Assembly (NCBI GenBank): GCA_951406725.2
Contig: OX597833.1
Coordinates: 62,124,001-62,188,000, forward strand
Direction: 5' to 3'
DNA length: 64,000 nucleotides
From: Octopus vulgaris
Taxonomy: Eukaryota
Within the stretch, counting starts at the first letter, position 1; every line of letters starts with the position of its first letter. A program made the position numbers and the translations under genes. The notes under the pieces are model-generated. The model was not told the DNA's origin. It worked only from the letters and a program-made list of their open reading frames with translations, and searched no databases. Below are positions 39,286 to 51,744 of this stretch, in pieces.

Positions 39286-40635
39286 TTGGGAAGATGATGA
39301 TGCAGATGGGAATGGTTCTAGCCGATATTAACAACTGTTGCTACAATGAAAACAGCACAGAAAAAAAAATGAGCAAAACAAACAAATATAACAAAGAAAA
39401 AACAAAACAAAGTAAGAACATTACTGAATTTTGTTCCCAGCTGATCATTATAATTAAGGCTTAATTAATTTGTGATTAAATTTAATGAGATGAATGAGGA
39501 AGTTGAATAACGAAGTGGATTGGCAACGAGGAGTGACTCACTTCAGAGAACAACAAATATTACAGGTATTTTCTGATTTGTCCTTGTTGGACTGTTTTTT
39601 AGGGACCAGGGGAAAGAGTAAGGGGCCATATCCGCGACCTTATGTGTGTGTGTGCTTATGTTTGTGTCAGTAGATGTCTTTTATCTTGTTTCAGTCATTT
39701 GACGGTGTCCATGCTGGAGCACCAATTGATAGGTTTAGCCGAACAAATTAACCCCGGTACTTATTTTTAAAGTCTGGTAGATGGAAACTGTGTGGAAGCC
39801 TGTTTAGCATCATCATCATCATCATCATCATTTTAATGTCCATTTTTTTCATTTTTGCATGGATTGGATGGAGTTTAATGAAGCAAATTTTCTAAGGCCA
39901 GTTTTTTTTTGTCTACCAAATCCACTTACAAGGCTTGGTTGGCCCAGGGTTATAGTAAAGGACACTTACCAAAGGTGCCATGCAGTGGGACTGAACCCCA
40001 AACCATGTGACTGGGAAGCAAATTTCTTAACCACACAGTCATGTGTGTCAGTGTTCATCTGTGCTTTGTGGCCCACCATCACTTGTAAACTAGTGTTGGT
40101 TTGTTTATGTCCCTATAATTAGTGATTCAGCAAAGAGAGACTGATAGAATAAGTAACAGACTTGAAAAACTAAGTACTGGCGGCGGGGTAAATTTGTTTG
40201 ACTTAATTGTTTGGCTAGATTGGTTAAAATTACCCAAATACGACAACTTAACAAGAAATAACTTCTAGAATACAAAATTTTGTCAAAAATGTTCAGCTAA
40301 CTGTGTTCTGTGTGTGAAATTACACCAGTATACAAAGGTTAGTTAAAAAAAATTTAATTAAAAAATCTGTGAGCCAAGCTGAACAGATCCAACTTTTCAA
40401 GGTAGTGACTTAACGAAGTAAATGATAAAATAAGAACAGTAATAAATGAGTAAAAAATGAATATATAGTGTGTGTGTTTATTTGGAAAAAAAAAAAGAAA
40501 AGAAAAAATGACCATCCTGAAATACATGTTTCAACACACGACTTCACATCAGGAATCTTGCAACACAAATTCACAAACGATTATTTTTGTTTTATCTTTA
40601 TACATTTCTTCTTTAATTTTCCTGCCAGAATTATT

Positions 40636-41201
40636 TTGGGTTGTCCGGAAGGTTCATGCTGATTTATAGCAGCTTACCTTTCGACTTATTTTAGAACATG
40701 GTTGAGTCCATAAAACAGGATTTGACTACACCTCCATTTAGAGCACAGTTTAAGCTATCTTTTTGTGGAAGAAGGTTTATGTTCCGATAACCTGTGTTAA
40801 TTCTGTAACCCTTTAAAATGGAAGATAAGAAAGTTTCATTTTTGGCACTTGATGCTTTGGGAACCAGACAAAAATTGCTGCAGCTCGGCTGGGATGTGTT
40901 ACCCACCCTCCATATTCACCAGATATTGCTCCTTTGGATTTCCACTTATTCAGGTCTCTGCAGAATAGTCTTAATGGTAAAAATTTCAATTCCTTGGATG
41001 ACGTAAAATGATACCTTGATAAATTCTTTGCCATGAAACCACCTCAATTCTGGGAAGAGGGTATTTTCAAATTAAAGGAAAGATGGAGATGCATTGTGCA
41101 ACAAAATGGTTCATATTTGGTTGATTAAATATGCAATGGCAAATATTTATTGACCTTTTTCTTTCCTTTAGAAATCTGCATGAACTTTCTGGACAACCCA
41201 A
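40636..41201 (+). mobile_element. Internally deleted mariner (DD34D) with both TIRs
   Basis: TIRs TTGGGTTGTCCGGAAGGTTCATGC / GCATGAACTTTCTGGACAACCCAA followed by TA. Encodes, with one frameshift, TRQKLLQLGWDVLP..PPYSPDIAPLDFHLFRSL..WEEGIFKLKERW. Confidence 0.9.
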
Positions 41202-41487
41202 TAGAATTTGGAGAAATTAAAAACTAGAAACAATTCATAAATCCCAGACTTCAAAATTTTGGCAGCATCAGAATGGACATTCTGAAGGTGAGGTGGTGTT
41301 ACTTGCTGGGTTTAGGGGGCTAGTTGTGACCATCACATCAAATTTTCAGACACAAGACACAAAAATTACACCATTGAATGTGCTCTTTTCTAAGAAGCAA
41401 ATTTAGCTGTTATAACTAGCAAGTGGGATGCCACACATAAAGGGTCCTTTGTTAGGTCATTGAAAGTGTATTTGCAGTTTAGCTTTG

Positions 41488-41787
41488 TTTGTTCCTTCTC
41501 GAGCCATGTCTGGCTCATAAGGGCTGGTTTTCCCGGTTTCCTTCGCGTAAAGGTTCCCCACCTGGATGGGACACTGGTCCGTCGCGGGTGAGCTGCAAGA
41601 TGCAGGAGGAAAGAGTGAGAGAAAGTTGTGGCCAAAGAGTCAGCAGAAGTTCGCCATAACCTTCTGCCGGAGCCGCGTGGAGCTTAGGTGTTTCGCTCAT
41701 AAACACACAAATCGCCCGGTCTGAGATTCGAACCCACGATCCCTCGACCGCGAGTCTGCTGCTCTAACCACTAGGCCATGTGCCTCC
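41488..41787 (-). mobile_element. OR1-like SINE with 12-bp TSD
   Basis: TSD AGTTTAGCTTTG at 41476-41487 and 41791-41802. Confidence 0.9.
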
Positions 41788-42040
41788 ACTAGTTTAGCTT
41801 TGGGTTAGCTTTGATGAAGCAGACGTATGATCAGTGTGGTTTCATTTGAGATCATATCATTTTATTTTGTAATTAAATATATTCTATTGTTTTGAAAGTA
41901 AATTGCCTGCTATTTCTAGCTGGTCGAGAAGGACGACAAAGTTGAGATTCTTTCATTTGGATCGTGGAAAGGAATGTCATTTTGGATAGATAACATTTTT
42001 AACCTTGAAATACCTGTTGTTGTTGTTGTTGGTGTTGTTG

Positions 42041-42072
<32 letters not shown>

Positions 42073-42094
42073 GGTGGTGTTGATGGCTGGGGTG

Positions 42095-42330
42095 TGCAAT
42101 ATATGGAATGTTGTGGTCATATCTGGACAGGTGCACCATCTTTTCGTTTGGATCTCCTCGATCAAGTTCAGAGGCGAGTCCCTAATTCGATTGGCCCCTC
42201 TCTTGCTTCAACACTGCAACCCTTGTCACATTGCGTGTGACATTGCCAGTCTTAGTCTGTTCCATTCATAACTGGCACAAGTGCTCTGATGAGCTATCTG
42301 CCGTACTGGAATTCTCCTTTCCCATGGTCA
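42095..42330 (+). mobile_element. Decayed CR1/Jockey-group LINE RT C-terminal fragment
   Basis: MECCGHIWTGAP..LDQVQRR..LQPLSH..DIASLSLF (compare MEYCSHIW..LDRVQ..LQPLSHRR). Confidence 0.7.
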
Positions 42331-42429
42331 GAATCACTTTGTTGAAAAAGAACTGAGCTGTCCATGTAGAAAACAATAAATACTTTTTATCCAAAATTAT
42401 TTTCAAAGAACTTGTCTTATCATTCCCAG

Positions 42430-42900
42430 GCAGCAAAGTTTGAAGCCAACAAAAATATAATGAATTCTTCCAACTGCTGACAGCAGTGATAAAAATGTAG
42501 TATTACCATATTTGTTATAGTTTTTTTCTCTTCCTTTTTTTTTTTTTTGTATTCCATGTCTGCAAAGTCACAAAATTCCTTCAGTTGTCTAACATGAATT
42601 GTGTAGATGTGAGAATATTTGAAAAATTTCCAAATAAGTGCTGTAGTATCATTGGGTAATATCAACAGACGGAGACAGATGTGCACTGTGCTTGGAGACA
42701 ATTGCGCATTGAGCTTGGAGACAGTTGTGCACCATGTGTATGTCACAACTAAAGCCAACAAGGTGCTTTCAGAGTTTGTTTTTTTTTAATCATCTGAAAA
42801 ATAGGTTCTTGCCTTTCCGATTTTCCACTGCTAAAATATATGCTGTTGTCATCAATTTTTTCACCCCAACTCATGTTTGTCAGGAACTCAGATGAAGGCA
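42430..42900 (-). mobile_element. Decayed hAT transposase fragment
   Basis: LVGFSCDIHMVHNCLQ (CxxH motif) and KFFKYSHIYTIHVRQLKEFCDFADMEYKK, typical of hAT transposases. Confidence 0.65.
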
Positions 42901-42947
42901 TCAGTCAGTTCTTGGTTATCTAACCTGGAATCATATATATATATATA

Positions 42948-43156
42948 TTGCCAGCCTCGTCTGGCCCCCATGCAGGTGACACATAAAAAGCACCCACTAC
43001 ACTCTCGGAGTGGTTGGCGTTAGGAAGGGCATCCAGCTGTAGAAACACTGCCAGATCAGACTGGGCCTGGCGCAGCCTTCTGGCTTCCCAGACCCCAGTT
43101 GAACCATCCAACCCATGCTAGCATGGAAAATGGACGTTAAACGATGATGATGATGA
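42948..43156 (+). mobile_element. Family B element
   Basis: One VNTR unit plus tail plus (GAT)n. Confidence 0.85.
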
Positions 43157-43169
43157 TATATATATATAT

Positions 43170-43704
43170 ATACACAATTGAGAAATAGGGTAAAATCTTT
43201 ATAAGAATTTATCAAGTAGTTAGCGTGAAAAACCTCATAAGGAAAAAATTCATCAATTATTCCTCTTAAATATATTTACTTATATTAAGGGCATTACTAT
43301 ACGTAAATGTCTCACACTAGGAGGGACTCTTAAAGTCAAAACTACCATAATAAATAAACACACTCAAGTTCGGTACAATGTGTTTATTTATTATGGTAGT
43401 TTTGACTTTAAGGGTCCCTCCTAGCATGAGGCATTTATGTATAGTAATGCCCTTAATATAAGTGTGTGTATATATATATATATTAATAGTAATGGTATGA
43501 CAACAAAAGAATGAATGAGACCTCGATATTATGTAAATAGAGGAATTTATCTGTAATATAATATGTGACAATTATTCGGTTGCCATAATAAAACTCTGAG
43601 TTTCGGATGTTGGGGCGGAAATCTACTCCAGCATTTCATCAGTTATTAAGACGATCAAAAAATGTCTTAATAGCTGACGAGATGCCAGAGCAGGTTTTCA
43701 CCCC
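43170..43704. mobile_element. Penelope-like remnant with two foldback inverted repeats
   Basis: About 85-bp arms at 43278-43362 / 43379-43463. About 41-bp arms at 43612-43652 / 43664-43704 overlap a hammerhead motif. Confidence 0.6.
43586..43648 (-). ncRNA. Type I hammerhead ribozyme motif (decayed stem II)
   Basis: UAAUAA CUGAUGA [stem II] C GAAA CUC A GAG U U UUAUUA: 6-bp stem I and palindromic stem III. Confidence 0.55.
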
Positions 43705-45155
43705 AAAAGCTATAATAGCTTACTTCAATGGGGGATGAGGCTGCATGCCAGACCTTGACAAGGGCCTCATTGACTAAGTTCTGATATTTTCATTTCTTTA
43801 CCTGGGGAGAAATAATAAGTCAGTCCTCCCAGGGTGCTGTGAGTTTGCCCACAATGACAGTTTTTGTGGAGAGCTGGAACATGTCTGGTTGGAGTGATGT
43901 TGCCCCTATCTCCTCTGGGGAAACTAGTCTTCCTCTCGGGTCCACTTGCATCACCCAGTCTGAGGCTGAACACAAAATAGAAAATGGACCTCTTTCCATT
44001 GCTTTCCCCTTGGGAGCTTTGTCACCTTCCTTTAAGAATTCAATACCCTATGGTGGTGGTGGTGGTGGTGGTGGCTGGTGTTTATTAGCCCTGACCCTTT
44101 GCAGATCAATCCACTTGGCAATTTCCACGAGAACCTTGTCATGTCTTCACTTGTATTGGGCTTCTCCCAGAATTCTAGGGTATTTGGGAAGGCGGCGAGC
44201 TGGCAGAATAGGTAGCACGCCAGGCAAAATTCATAGCAGTATTTCGTCTGTCGTTACGTTCTGAGTTCAAATTCTGCCGAGGTTGACTTTGCCTCTCATC
44301 CTTTTGGAGTCGATAAATTAAGTACCAGTTATGCCTTGGGATCGATGTAATCGACTTAATCTGTTTGTCTGTCCTTGTTTGTCCCCTCTGTGTTTAGCCC
44401 CTTGTGGTTAGTAAAGAAATAGGTATTTCGTCTGCCGTTATGTTCTGAGTTGAAATTTCGCCGAGGTCGACTTTGCCTTTCATCCTTTTGGGGTCGATAA
44501 ATTAAGTACCAGTTACGCACTGGTGTCGATGTAATCGGCTTAATCCGTTTGTCTGTCCTTGTTTGTCCTCTCTGTGTTTAGCCCCTTGTGGGTAGTAAAG
44601 AAATAGGTATTTGGTCAAAATGTCCTTGAGAGTGCAAAGATTTGCTTTGCATAGCTCGCATAGATTATCCCATATTTTAAGGTTGTTTGGGGTTGGTAAG
44701 AGGTCAGCATGAAAGAGAAAGGACAGTCTTCCCTAGTCAGTGCTCCAGAGTTCCAGAGTTCCTTCTAAGACAGTGAGTGCTTAAGTGTCTGTCCCACTGC
44801 ACCCATTGACCCTGGTGGACAAGCCCTACTGCCTTCACCTGGAGTTCCTCCTCAGCTGAATCACGGATCCTTTGCAATATGATCTCTGTCTTGACCCTGG
44901 AATCGGTGCTTTTCCACCTCTTGGTGCTGTAATTGCCAAGTCCCAACCATCCTTGATTCCTTGATAGACTGCTCCGGTAATCTCCTGGTGTTTCCTGTGT
45001 GTCTCTGCTTCCTTCACAGGGGGTTTACTTCCTCTGCTTCCTTCCTGAGGGGGTTTCCATTTTCTGCCACATTTTAAGGGTCTTGTTGGTGGGTCTGACT
45101 TTCTCATCCTCAGACAGCAGTAACCTGGTGATTGCTCTTGCCTTTGTGAACTGAC
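43705..45155 (-). mobile_element. Decayed HERO/NeSL-type (R2 group) non-LTR element, post-RT + zinc knuckle + RLE
   Basis: GRKWKP..VKEAE..HQEITGAVYQG..GLG..EEELQVKAV..QGQW; LPTPNNLKIW..CELC; RHDKVL; SLQPDM..KLTAPWED..KYQNL..PIEV. Split by a SINE C dimer. Confidence 0.8.
44190..44630 (+). mobile_element. SINE family C dimer nested in the HERO element
   Basis: Head plus two units. GGTATTTGG occurs at both ends. Confidence 0.9.
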
Positions 45156-45171
45156 GAAATATTTACATAAA

Positions 45172-45596
45172 TACACCAGCCGAACGTGGACGATGCCAGC
45201 GCAGCCTCGACTGGCTTCTGTGCCGGTGGCACGTTAAAAGCACCAACCGATTGTGGCCGCTGCCAGACTCCCCTGGCCCCTGTGCCGGTGGCACGTAAAA
45301 AGCACCATCCGAGCGTGACCGATGCCAGCGCCGCCTTGACTGGCTTCCGTGCTGGTGGCACGTTAAAAGCACCAACCGATTGTGGTCGCTGCCAGACTCT
45401 CCTGGCACCTGTGCCGGTGGCACGTAAAAAGCACCCACTACACTCGCGGAGTGGTTGGCGTTAGGAAGGGCATCCAGCTGTAGAAACACTGCCAGATCAG
45501 ACTGGAGCCTGGTGCAGCCTCCTGGCTTCCCAGACCCTGGTCGAAGTGTCCAACCTGTGCTGGCTCGGAAAACATATGTTAAACGATGATTATGAT
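45172..45596 (+). mobile_element. Family B element with alternating 62/67-bp units
   Basis: GTGC(C/T)GGTGGCACGT recurs near 45220, 45282, 45349 and 45411. Confidence 0.88.
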
Positions 45597-45644
45597 ATGT
45601 ATGTATGTGTGTGTGTGCATATGTACACACAGACACACACACAG

Positions 45645-45677
<33 letters not shown>

Positions 45678-46019
45678 GTGATGTTTATTTTCCCCTCCAT
45701 TAATTGTCCTAATTAAGCAATTGAATTTAACAAAGAGTCTCTCAGAGAACAAGCCACAAGGTCACCAGCTGGATTCGTTCATTCAATTATTCTTTTAATT
45801 CTTGTACTGCTTTCACTCATTGGCATGTGGCCATGCTGGGGCACCGTGTCGTGTCAAGGGGATGTTTTAGATCAGTTATATTGACCCCTTGTATTTATTT
45901 CTGTCAGTTACCTTATTTTTATTGTTCGCTGTAGATAGAAAGGTTAAAGTTGTGGGACAGAAAGGGGCACAATTTGACGTAGGTAAACAAAGGCGGACAC
46001 AGACATGCATACCCACATA

Positions 46020-46436
46020 CACGTGTGTGTGTGTGTGTGTGAGTGTTTGTGTATGTGTGTGTGTGAGTGTTTGTGTGTGTGGGTGTTTGTGTGTATGTAT
46101 GTATGTGAGTGTTTGTGTGTGTCTGTGTGTAAGTGAATGTTTGTTTGTGTGTGTGTGTGAGTGTTTGTGTTGAGTAAGTGTTTGTGTGTGTGTGTGTGAG
46201 TGAATGTTTGTGTGCGAGTGTGTGTGTGTAAGTGTTTGTGTGTGTGTGTGTGTGTGTGACTGTTTGTGTGTGTGTGTTTCTGTGTGTGTGTGAGTGAGTG
46301 TTTGTGTGTGAGTGAATGTTTGTGTGTGTGTGTGTGAGTGAATGTTTGTGTGTGTGTGTGTGTGTGTGTGTAAGTGTTTGTGTGTGTGTGAGCGTTTCTG
46401 TGTGTGTGTGAGTGAGTGTTTGTGTGTGAATGAGTG

Positions 46437-46480
<44 letters not shown>

Positions 46481-46602
46481 TGAGTGTTTGTGTGTGAGTG
46501 AGTGTTTGTGTGTGAGTGTTTCTGTATGTGTGTGTGTGAGTGAGTGAGTGCTTGTTTGTGTGTGTTTGAGTGAATGTTTGTCATTGTGAGTGTATGTTTG
46601 TG
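46020..46602. repeat. Degenerate (TG)n field
   Basis: Direct. Confidence 0.95.
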
Positions 46603-46884
46603 TTCCCTCATTTACTTCTACATCCATTCTTCCATGCCAGCATGGGTCAGGTGAATGCATTATCGAGGCATTGTCTTACAGCTGGATGCTCTTCCTGTCG
46701 CTAACCCTCACCCATTTTTCAACTCAGGTGTCTCTTATTATTTTACCATATCTTCAAAACAGGTGATTTGTCGACTGAAGAAGTAACAACACCAACACTA
46801 GCTGCAAGTTGCAGTGAGCAATTTACATACACCCCAGATGCAAACAAACACTCACACACACTTAAACACACTTACACATACATA

Positions 46885-47115
46885 CTTTCTCTTTTCTCTC
46901 TCTTTTACTTGTTTCAGTCATTTGACTGCGGCCATGCTGGAGCACCGCCTTTAATCGAGCAACTCGACCCTGGAACTTATTCTTTTGTAAGCCCAGTACT
47001 TATTCTATTGGTCTCTTTTGCTGAACCGCTAAGTGACAGAGACATAAACACACCAGCATCGGTTGTCAAGCAATGCTAGGGGGACAAACACAGACACACA
47101 AACACAGACACACAA

Positions 47116-47153
<38 letters not shown>

Positions 47154-47326
47154 GCATATATACGACGGGCTTCTTTCAGTTTCCGTCTACCAAATCCACT
47201 CACAAGGCTTTGGTCGGCCCAAGGCTATAGTAGAAGACACTTGCCCATGGTGCCACGCAGTGGGACTGAACTCGGAACCATGTGGTTGGTAAACAAGCTA
47301 CTTACCACACAGCCACTCCTGCGCCT
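46885..47326 (-). mobile_element. SINE family A, full length
   Basis: Matches the consensus. Confidence 0.92.
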
Positions 47327-48008
47327 GTATACATTCATATACATTATCATAATCATCATCATCACCATCATCACTTTAATGTCCACTTTTCTGTGCAGGC
47401 TTGGTTCAAATGGAATTCGTTGAGTCAGATTTTCTACAGACGGATGCCCTTCCTGCTGCCAACCCTCAACTGTTACCAGGCAAGATAATATTTCCCCATG
47501 ACCTGACAGGCTTTCACACAAGATTTGAACCAAAGGACTCTACATTATGACAGTGACACTTGCTTACAAACTGTTATGTGATATCAAGACGCAGAGGCAG
47601 AAGCGCACACACACACATACACACACACACACGCACGCACGTGCACACACACACACACGCGCACACACACACACACATACACTCACACATGTGAACACTC
47701 ACACACACACATGGACACACACACATGCGTACTCGCTCTCACACACACACAAATGCACACACACATGCGCGCACGCTCTCACACACACATACACACACAC
47801 ATGCATGCACGCTCTCTCTCATACACATACACACACACACATGCACACACACACACACACATGCGCACTCACAAAAACACACACACACACACACACTCAA
47901 TGAGATTCTTTCAGTTTCCAAAGTGCCATGAAATGGGGCTGTGGAAGTGCATGGCTTAGTGGTTAGGATGTTGAACTCGTGATCATAAGATTGTGGTTTC
48001 GATTCCTG

Positions 48009-48304
48009 GACCTGCCCTAACAGACTTCCATCTCTTCCTCAAGATGAAAACGTGGCTCAAGGGTCACTGTTTTAATACCATTGTTGAGATCCAGAACAAA
48101 TCGCAGAAGGTCTTTGACTCGCTTACAGAAAACAACTTCCAGGCCTGATTCCAAAAGTGACAGAGACACTAGGACAAGTGTATTGCTGTGCAAGGTGACT
48201 ATTTCAAACGAGATGATGTGTGTGTGTGTGTGTGAGCGAGTGTTAGGTAAATAATTTATTTTTTTAACAAACATAATTAGTTCTGGAACTTTTTGACACT
48301 ACCT

Positions 48305-48307
<3 letters not shown>
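48009..48307 (+). mobile_element. Mariner transposase C-terminal remnant with 3' end
   Basis: DFHLFLKMKTWLKGHCFNTIVEIQ..FQK*..DKCIAVQGDYF. Fused to an OK-like SINE head at 47942-48012. Confidence 0.75.
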
Positions 48308-48380
<73 letters not shown>

Positions 48381-48382
48381 AT

Positions 48383-48413
<31 letters not shown>

Positions 48414-48525
48414 CAAATTCCATCAGTTGATTAATATCTTGAAATGGATTAACTGAGGACAGTCTTGCATAAGGGACGTATTTCCTATTCTACATTACAC
48501 AATAATCTGAAATGTAAAGTGTGTG

Positions 48526-48575
<50 letters not shown>

Positions 48576-48622
48576 TATATACATGTGCATGTGTGTGTAT
48601 GTGTCTGTGTGTGTGTGTGTGT

Positions 48623-48866
48623 AAAGGCACATAGCTCAGTGGTTAGAACATCAGGCTTACAATTGTGAGGCTGTGAGTTTGATTCCCAGACTAGGCTATA
48701 TGTTGTGTTCTTGAGCAAGACACTTTATTTCACTTTGCTCCAGTTCATTGAGCTGTAGAAATGAGTTGCGACATCACTGGTGCCAAGTTTTTGCCTGGAC
48801 ATTTACTTTGGAAAGGATCTTTCTGGGTGCAATCCCAGTCATTAATGATTGAAGGTGTCTTTACCA
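48623..48866 (+). mobile_element. OK-like-head SINE (same family as 23978), deleted
   Basis: Matching head, core and tail end. Confidence 0.75.
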
Positions 48867-48876
48867 TATATATATT

Positions 48877-48944
<68 letters not shown>

Positions 48945-49054
48945 CTTTTCTCCTTATTCAAAGTAGAATGCTCTCCATCTCATTCTTCCTTTATATTCAA
49001 TGTGACCAGAGGGAAGTAGAGAGGTGGTTGGAAGCAAGGGCACTGAAAGCAAGA

Positions 49055-49972
49055 CACCCGTGCCGGCGACACGTAAAAAGCACCGTCCGAACGTAGCAGA
49101 TATCAGCGCCGCCTGACTGGCGTCCGCGTCGATGACACGTAAAAAGCACCAACCGATCGTGGCCATTTGGCACGTAAAAAGCACCCACTACACTCACGGA
49201 GTGGTTGGCGTTAGGAAGGGCATCCAGCTGTAGAAACACTGCCAGATCAGACTGGGCCTGGTGCAGCCTCCTGGATTCCCAGACCCCGGTCAAACCATCC
49301 AACCCGTGCTAGCGCGGAGAACGGATGTTAACCCTTTAGTGTTCACATTATTCTGCCAAAATTAATCCTTTTTTATCCTCATTGTTTTGAACTAATCAAG
49401 CATTATCTTGTAGCTCTGAGATTTTGATGAGGTAGCTGTTAATTTTTAAAATGATATTGTAGGATTGGTGTGAGAGACCAGATATACTCTTACGCTTTAC
49501 TCTTTTACTTGTTTCAGTCATTTGACTGCGGCCATGCTGGAGCACCGCCTTTATTCGAGCAAATCGACCCCAGGGACTTATTCTTTGTAAGCCCAGTACT
49601 TATTCTATTGGTCTCTTTTGCCGAACCGCTAAGTGACGGGGACGTAAACACACCAGCATCGGTTGTCAAGCAATGCTAGGGGGACAAACACAGACACACA
49701 AACACATACACACACACACATATATATATATACATATATACGACAGGCTTCTTTCAGTTTCCGTCTACCAAATCCACTCACAAGGCATTGGTCGGCTCGG
49801 GGCTATAGCAGAAGACACTTGCCCAAGATGCTACACAGTGGGACTGAACCTGAAACCATGTGGTTGGTTAGCAAGCTACTTACCACACAGCCACTCCTGC
49901 GCCTATAGCCTGAATAGTTTTGGCTGGTTTAAATGCTAAAGGGTTAAATGATGATGATGATGATGATGATGT
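49055..49972 (+). mobile_element. Nested trio: family B element > TTAA MITE (49332-49943) > SINE A (49485-49904, minus)
   Basis: MITE TIRs CCCTTTAG / CTAAAGGG with TTAA duplicated at 49328-49331 and 49944-49947, inside the B tail GGATGTTAA-ATGATGATG. Confidence 0.88.
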
Positions 49973-49998
49973 ATGGAGAATGCAGCTGGATGTGTTAA

Positions 49999-50219
49999 CC
50001 CTTTCGCTACTGTATTTATTTTGAGATGCTCTGTGTTTCTTTCAATTACTTTAAATATAACAAAGAATTTAGTAAAATAACTTAGTCATCATTCAGCTAG
50101 TGTTAGGAACATAAATTGTGACCAAGGTTTTGTGGAAGATTTTAATTCAAAACCTATGAAAACAAGACATTTGTACAACAGAACCAGAGCCGGTTTCAGC
50201 CGGATTGGTAACGAAAGGG
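49999..50219. mobile_element. Second TTAA-type MITE family
   Basis: TTAA-CCCTTTCGCTAC..GTAACGAAAGGG-TTAA. Confidence 0.85.
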
Positions 50220-50519
50220 TTAACAGATCTGGTCAGTGAACTCACTTAAACTGGGAAGTGAGTTCACTGCAGCAACAGATAAGTAATGAAAAGTAATGAA
50301 GTATGGTGTGGATATTTCGCTAAGTGAAGTGTTCAACGTGTGCAGTGTTGGGAATTAGAGCTGAGTTGACACAGACATAGAAACAAACCACTGAAGGTAC
50401 AAAGATAGAGTGCACACCTGTAATTGGATTATGTATGAATGTACAAGAGTTGTTTATGCTGAAAAGAAGAGTGCAACAAAACTTAAGTAACCTGAGAAAA
50501 CTCTCTTTTGTTTGTTTTT

Positions 50520-50718
50520 TTTACTTGTTTCAGTCATTTGACTGTGGCCATGCTGGAGCACTGCCTTTAGTTGAGCAAATCGACCCCAGGACTTATTCTC
50601 TGTAAGCCTAGTACTTATTCTATCGGTTTCTCTTTTGCTGCACTGCTAAGTTACAGGGACGTAAACACACCAGCATCGGTTGTCAAGCGATGTTGGGGGA
50701 ACAAACACAGACACACAA

Positions 50719-50790
<72 letters not shown>

Positions 50791-50964
50791 ATACATATAT
50801 ATGATGGCTTCTTTCAGTTTCCGTCTACCAAATTCACTCACAAGGCTTTTGTCGGCCCAAGGCTATAGAAGAGGACACTTGCCCAAGGTGCCACGCAGTG
50901 GGACTGAACCCGGAACCATGTGGTTCGTAAGCAAGCTACTTACCACACAGGCACTCCTACGCCT
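50520..50964 (-). mobile_element. SINE family A, full length
   Basis: Matches the consensus. Confidence 0.9.
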
Positions 50965-51311
50965 GTGAACATTTATGTGAAAACATATAGCAAAAATCAC
51001 TGCAAGAGAACAGTGTATAGTGGGAGTACAAGATGGAGGATGTGTAATCGATCTGAGAAAAATGGGACACCGTGGAAAATGTGCATTCATGTGAAATGGT
51101 CACCTGCAAGGAATGAATGTGACATTAACTTGAGACATAACTGTGTTGCAAGGTTATAATAAGCATGTGAATGAATGAATGAAGTTTGTAGGTCAGAAAT
51201 TATTTTTAACACAATGGAAAGAAATATAATAACGAACTTATTGTATTTAGTGGACAGGTGCACTACAACTCAGCAGAAAAAGTAGCCAAAAGTGCATCTA
51301 AAGTGCATATA

Positions 51312-51722
51312 TACTCTTTACTCTTTTACTTGTTTCAGTCATTTGACTGCGGCCATGCTGGAGCACCGCCTTTAATCGAGCAACTCGACCCCGGGACTTA
51401 TTCTTTTGTAAGCCCAGTACTTATTATATCGGTCTCTTTTGCCGAACCGCTAAGTAACGGGGACATAAACACACCAGCATCGGTTGTCAAGCAATGCTAG
51501 GGGGACAAATTACAGACACACAAACACACACACACGCATATATATATATATACGTATATACGACGGGCTTCTTTCAGTTTCCGTCTACCAAATCCACTCA
51601 GAAGGCTTTGGTCGGCCCGAGGCTATAGTAGAAGACACTTGCCCAAGGTGCCACGCAGTGGGACTGAACCCGGAACCATGTGGTTGGTAAACAAGCTACT
51701 TACCACACAGCCACTCCTGCGT
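51312..51722 (-). mobile_element. SINE family A, full length
   Basis: Matches the consensus. Confidence 0.92.
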
Positions 51723-51744
51723 CCGGAAAGTTCGTGCCGATTTA

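Noticed and set aside
42286-42300. CTGATGAG as a hammerhead core
   Set aside because: It lies in LINE coding sequence (CSDEL) with no stem II or GAAA following.
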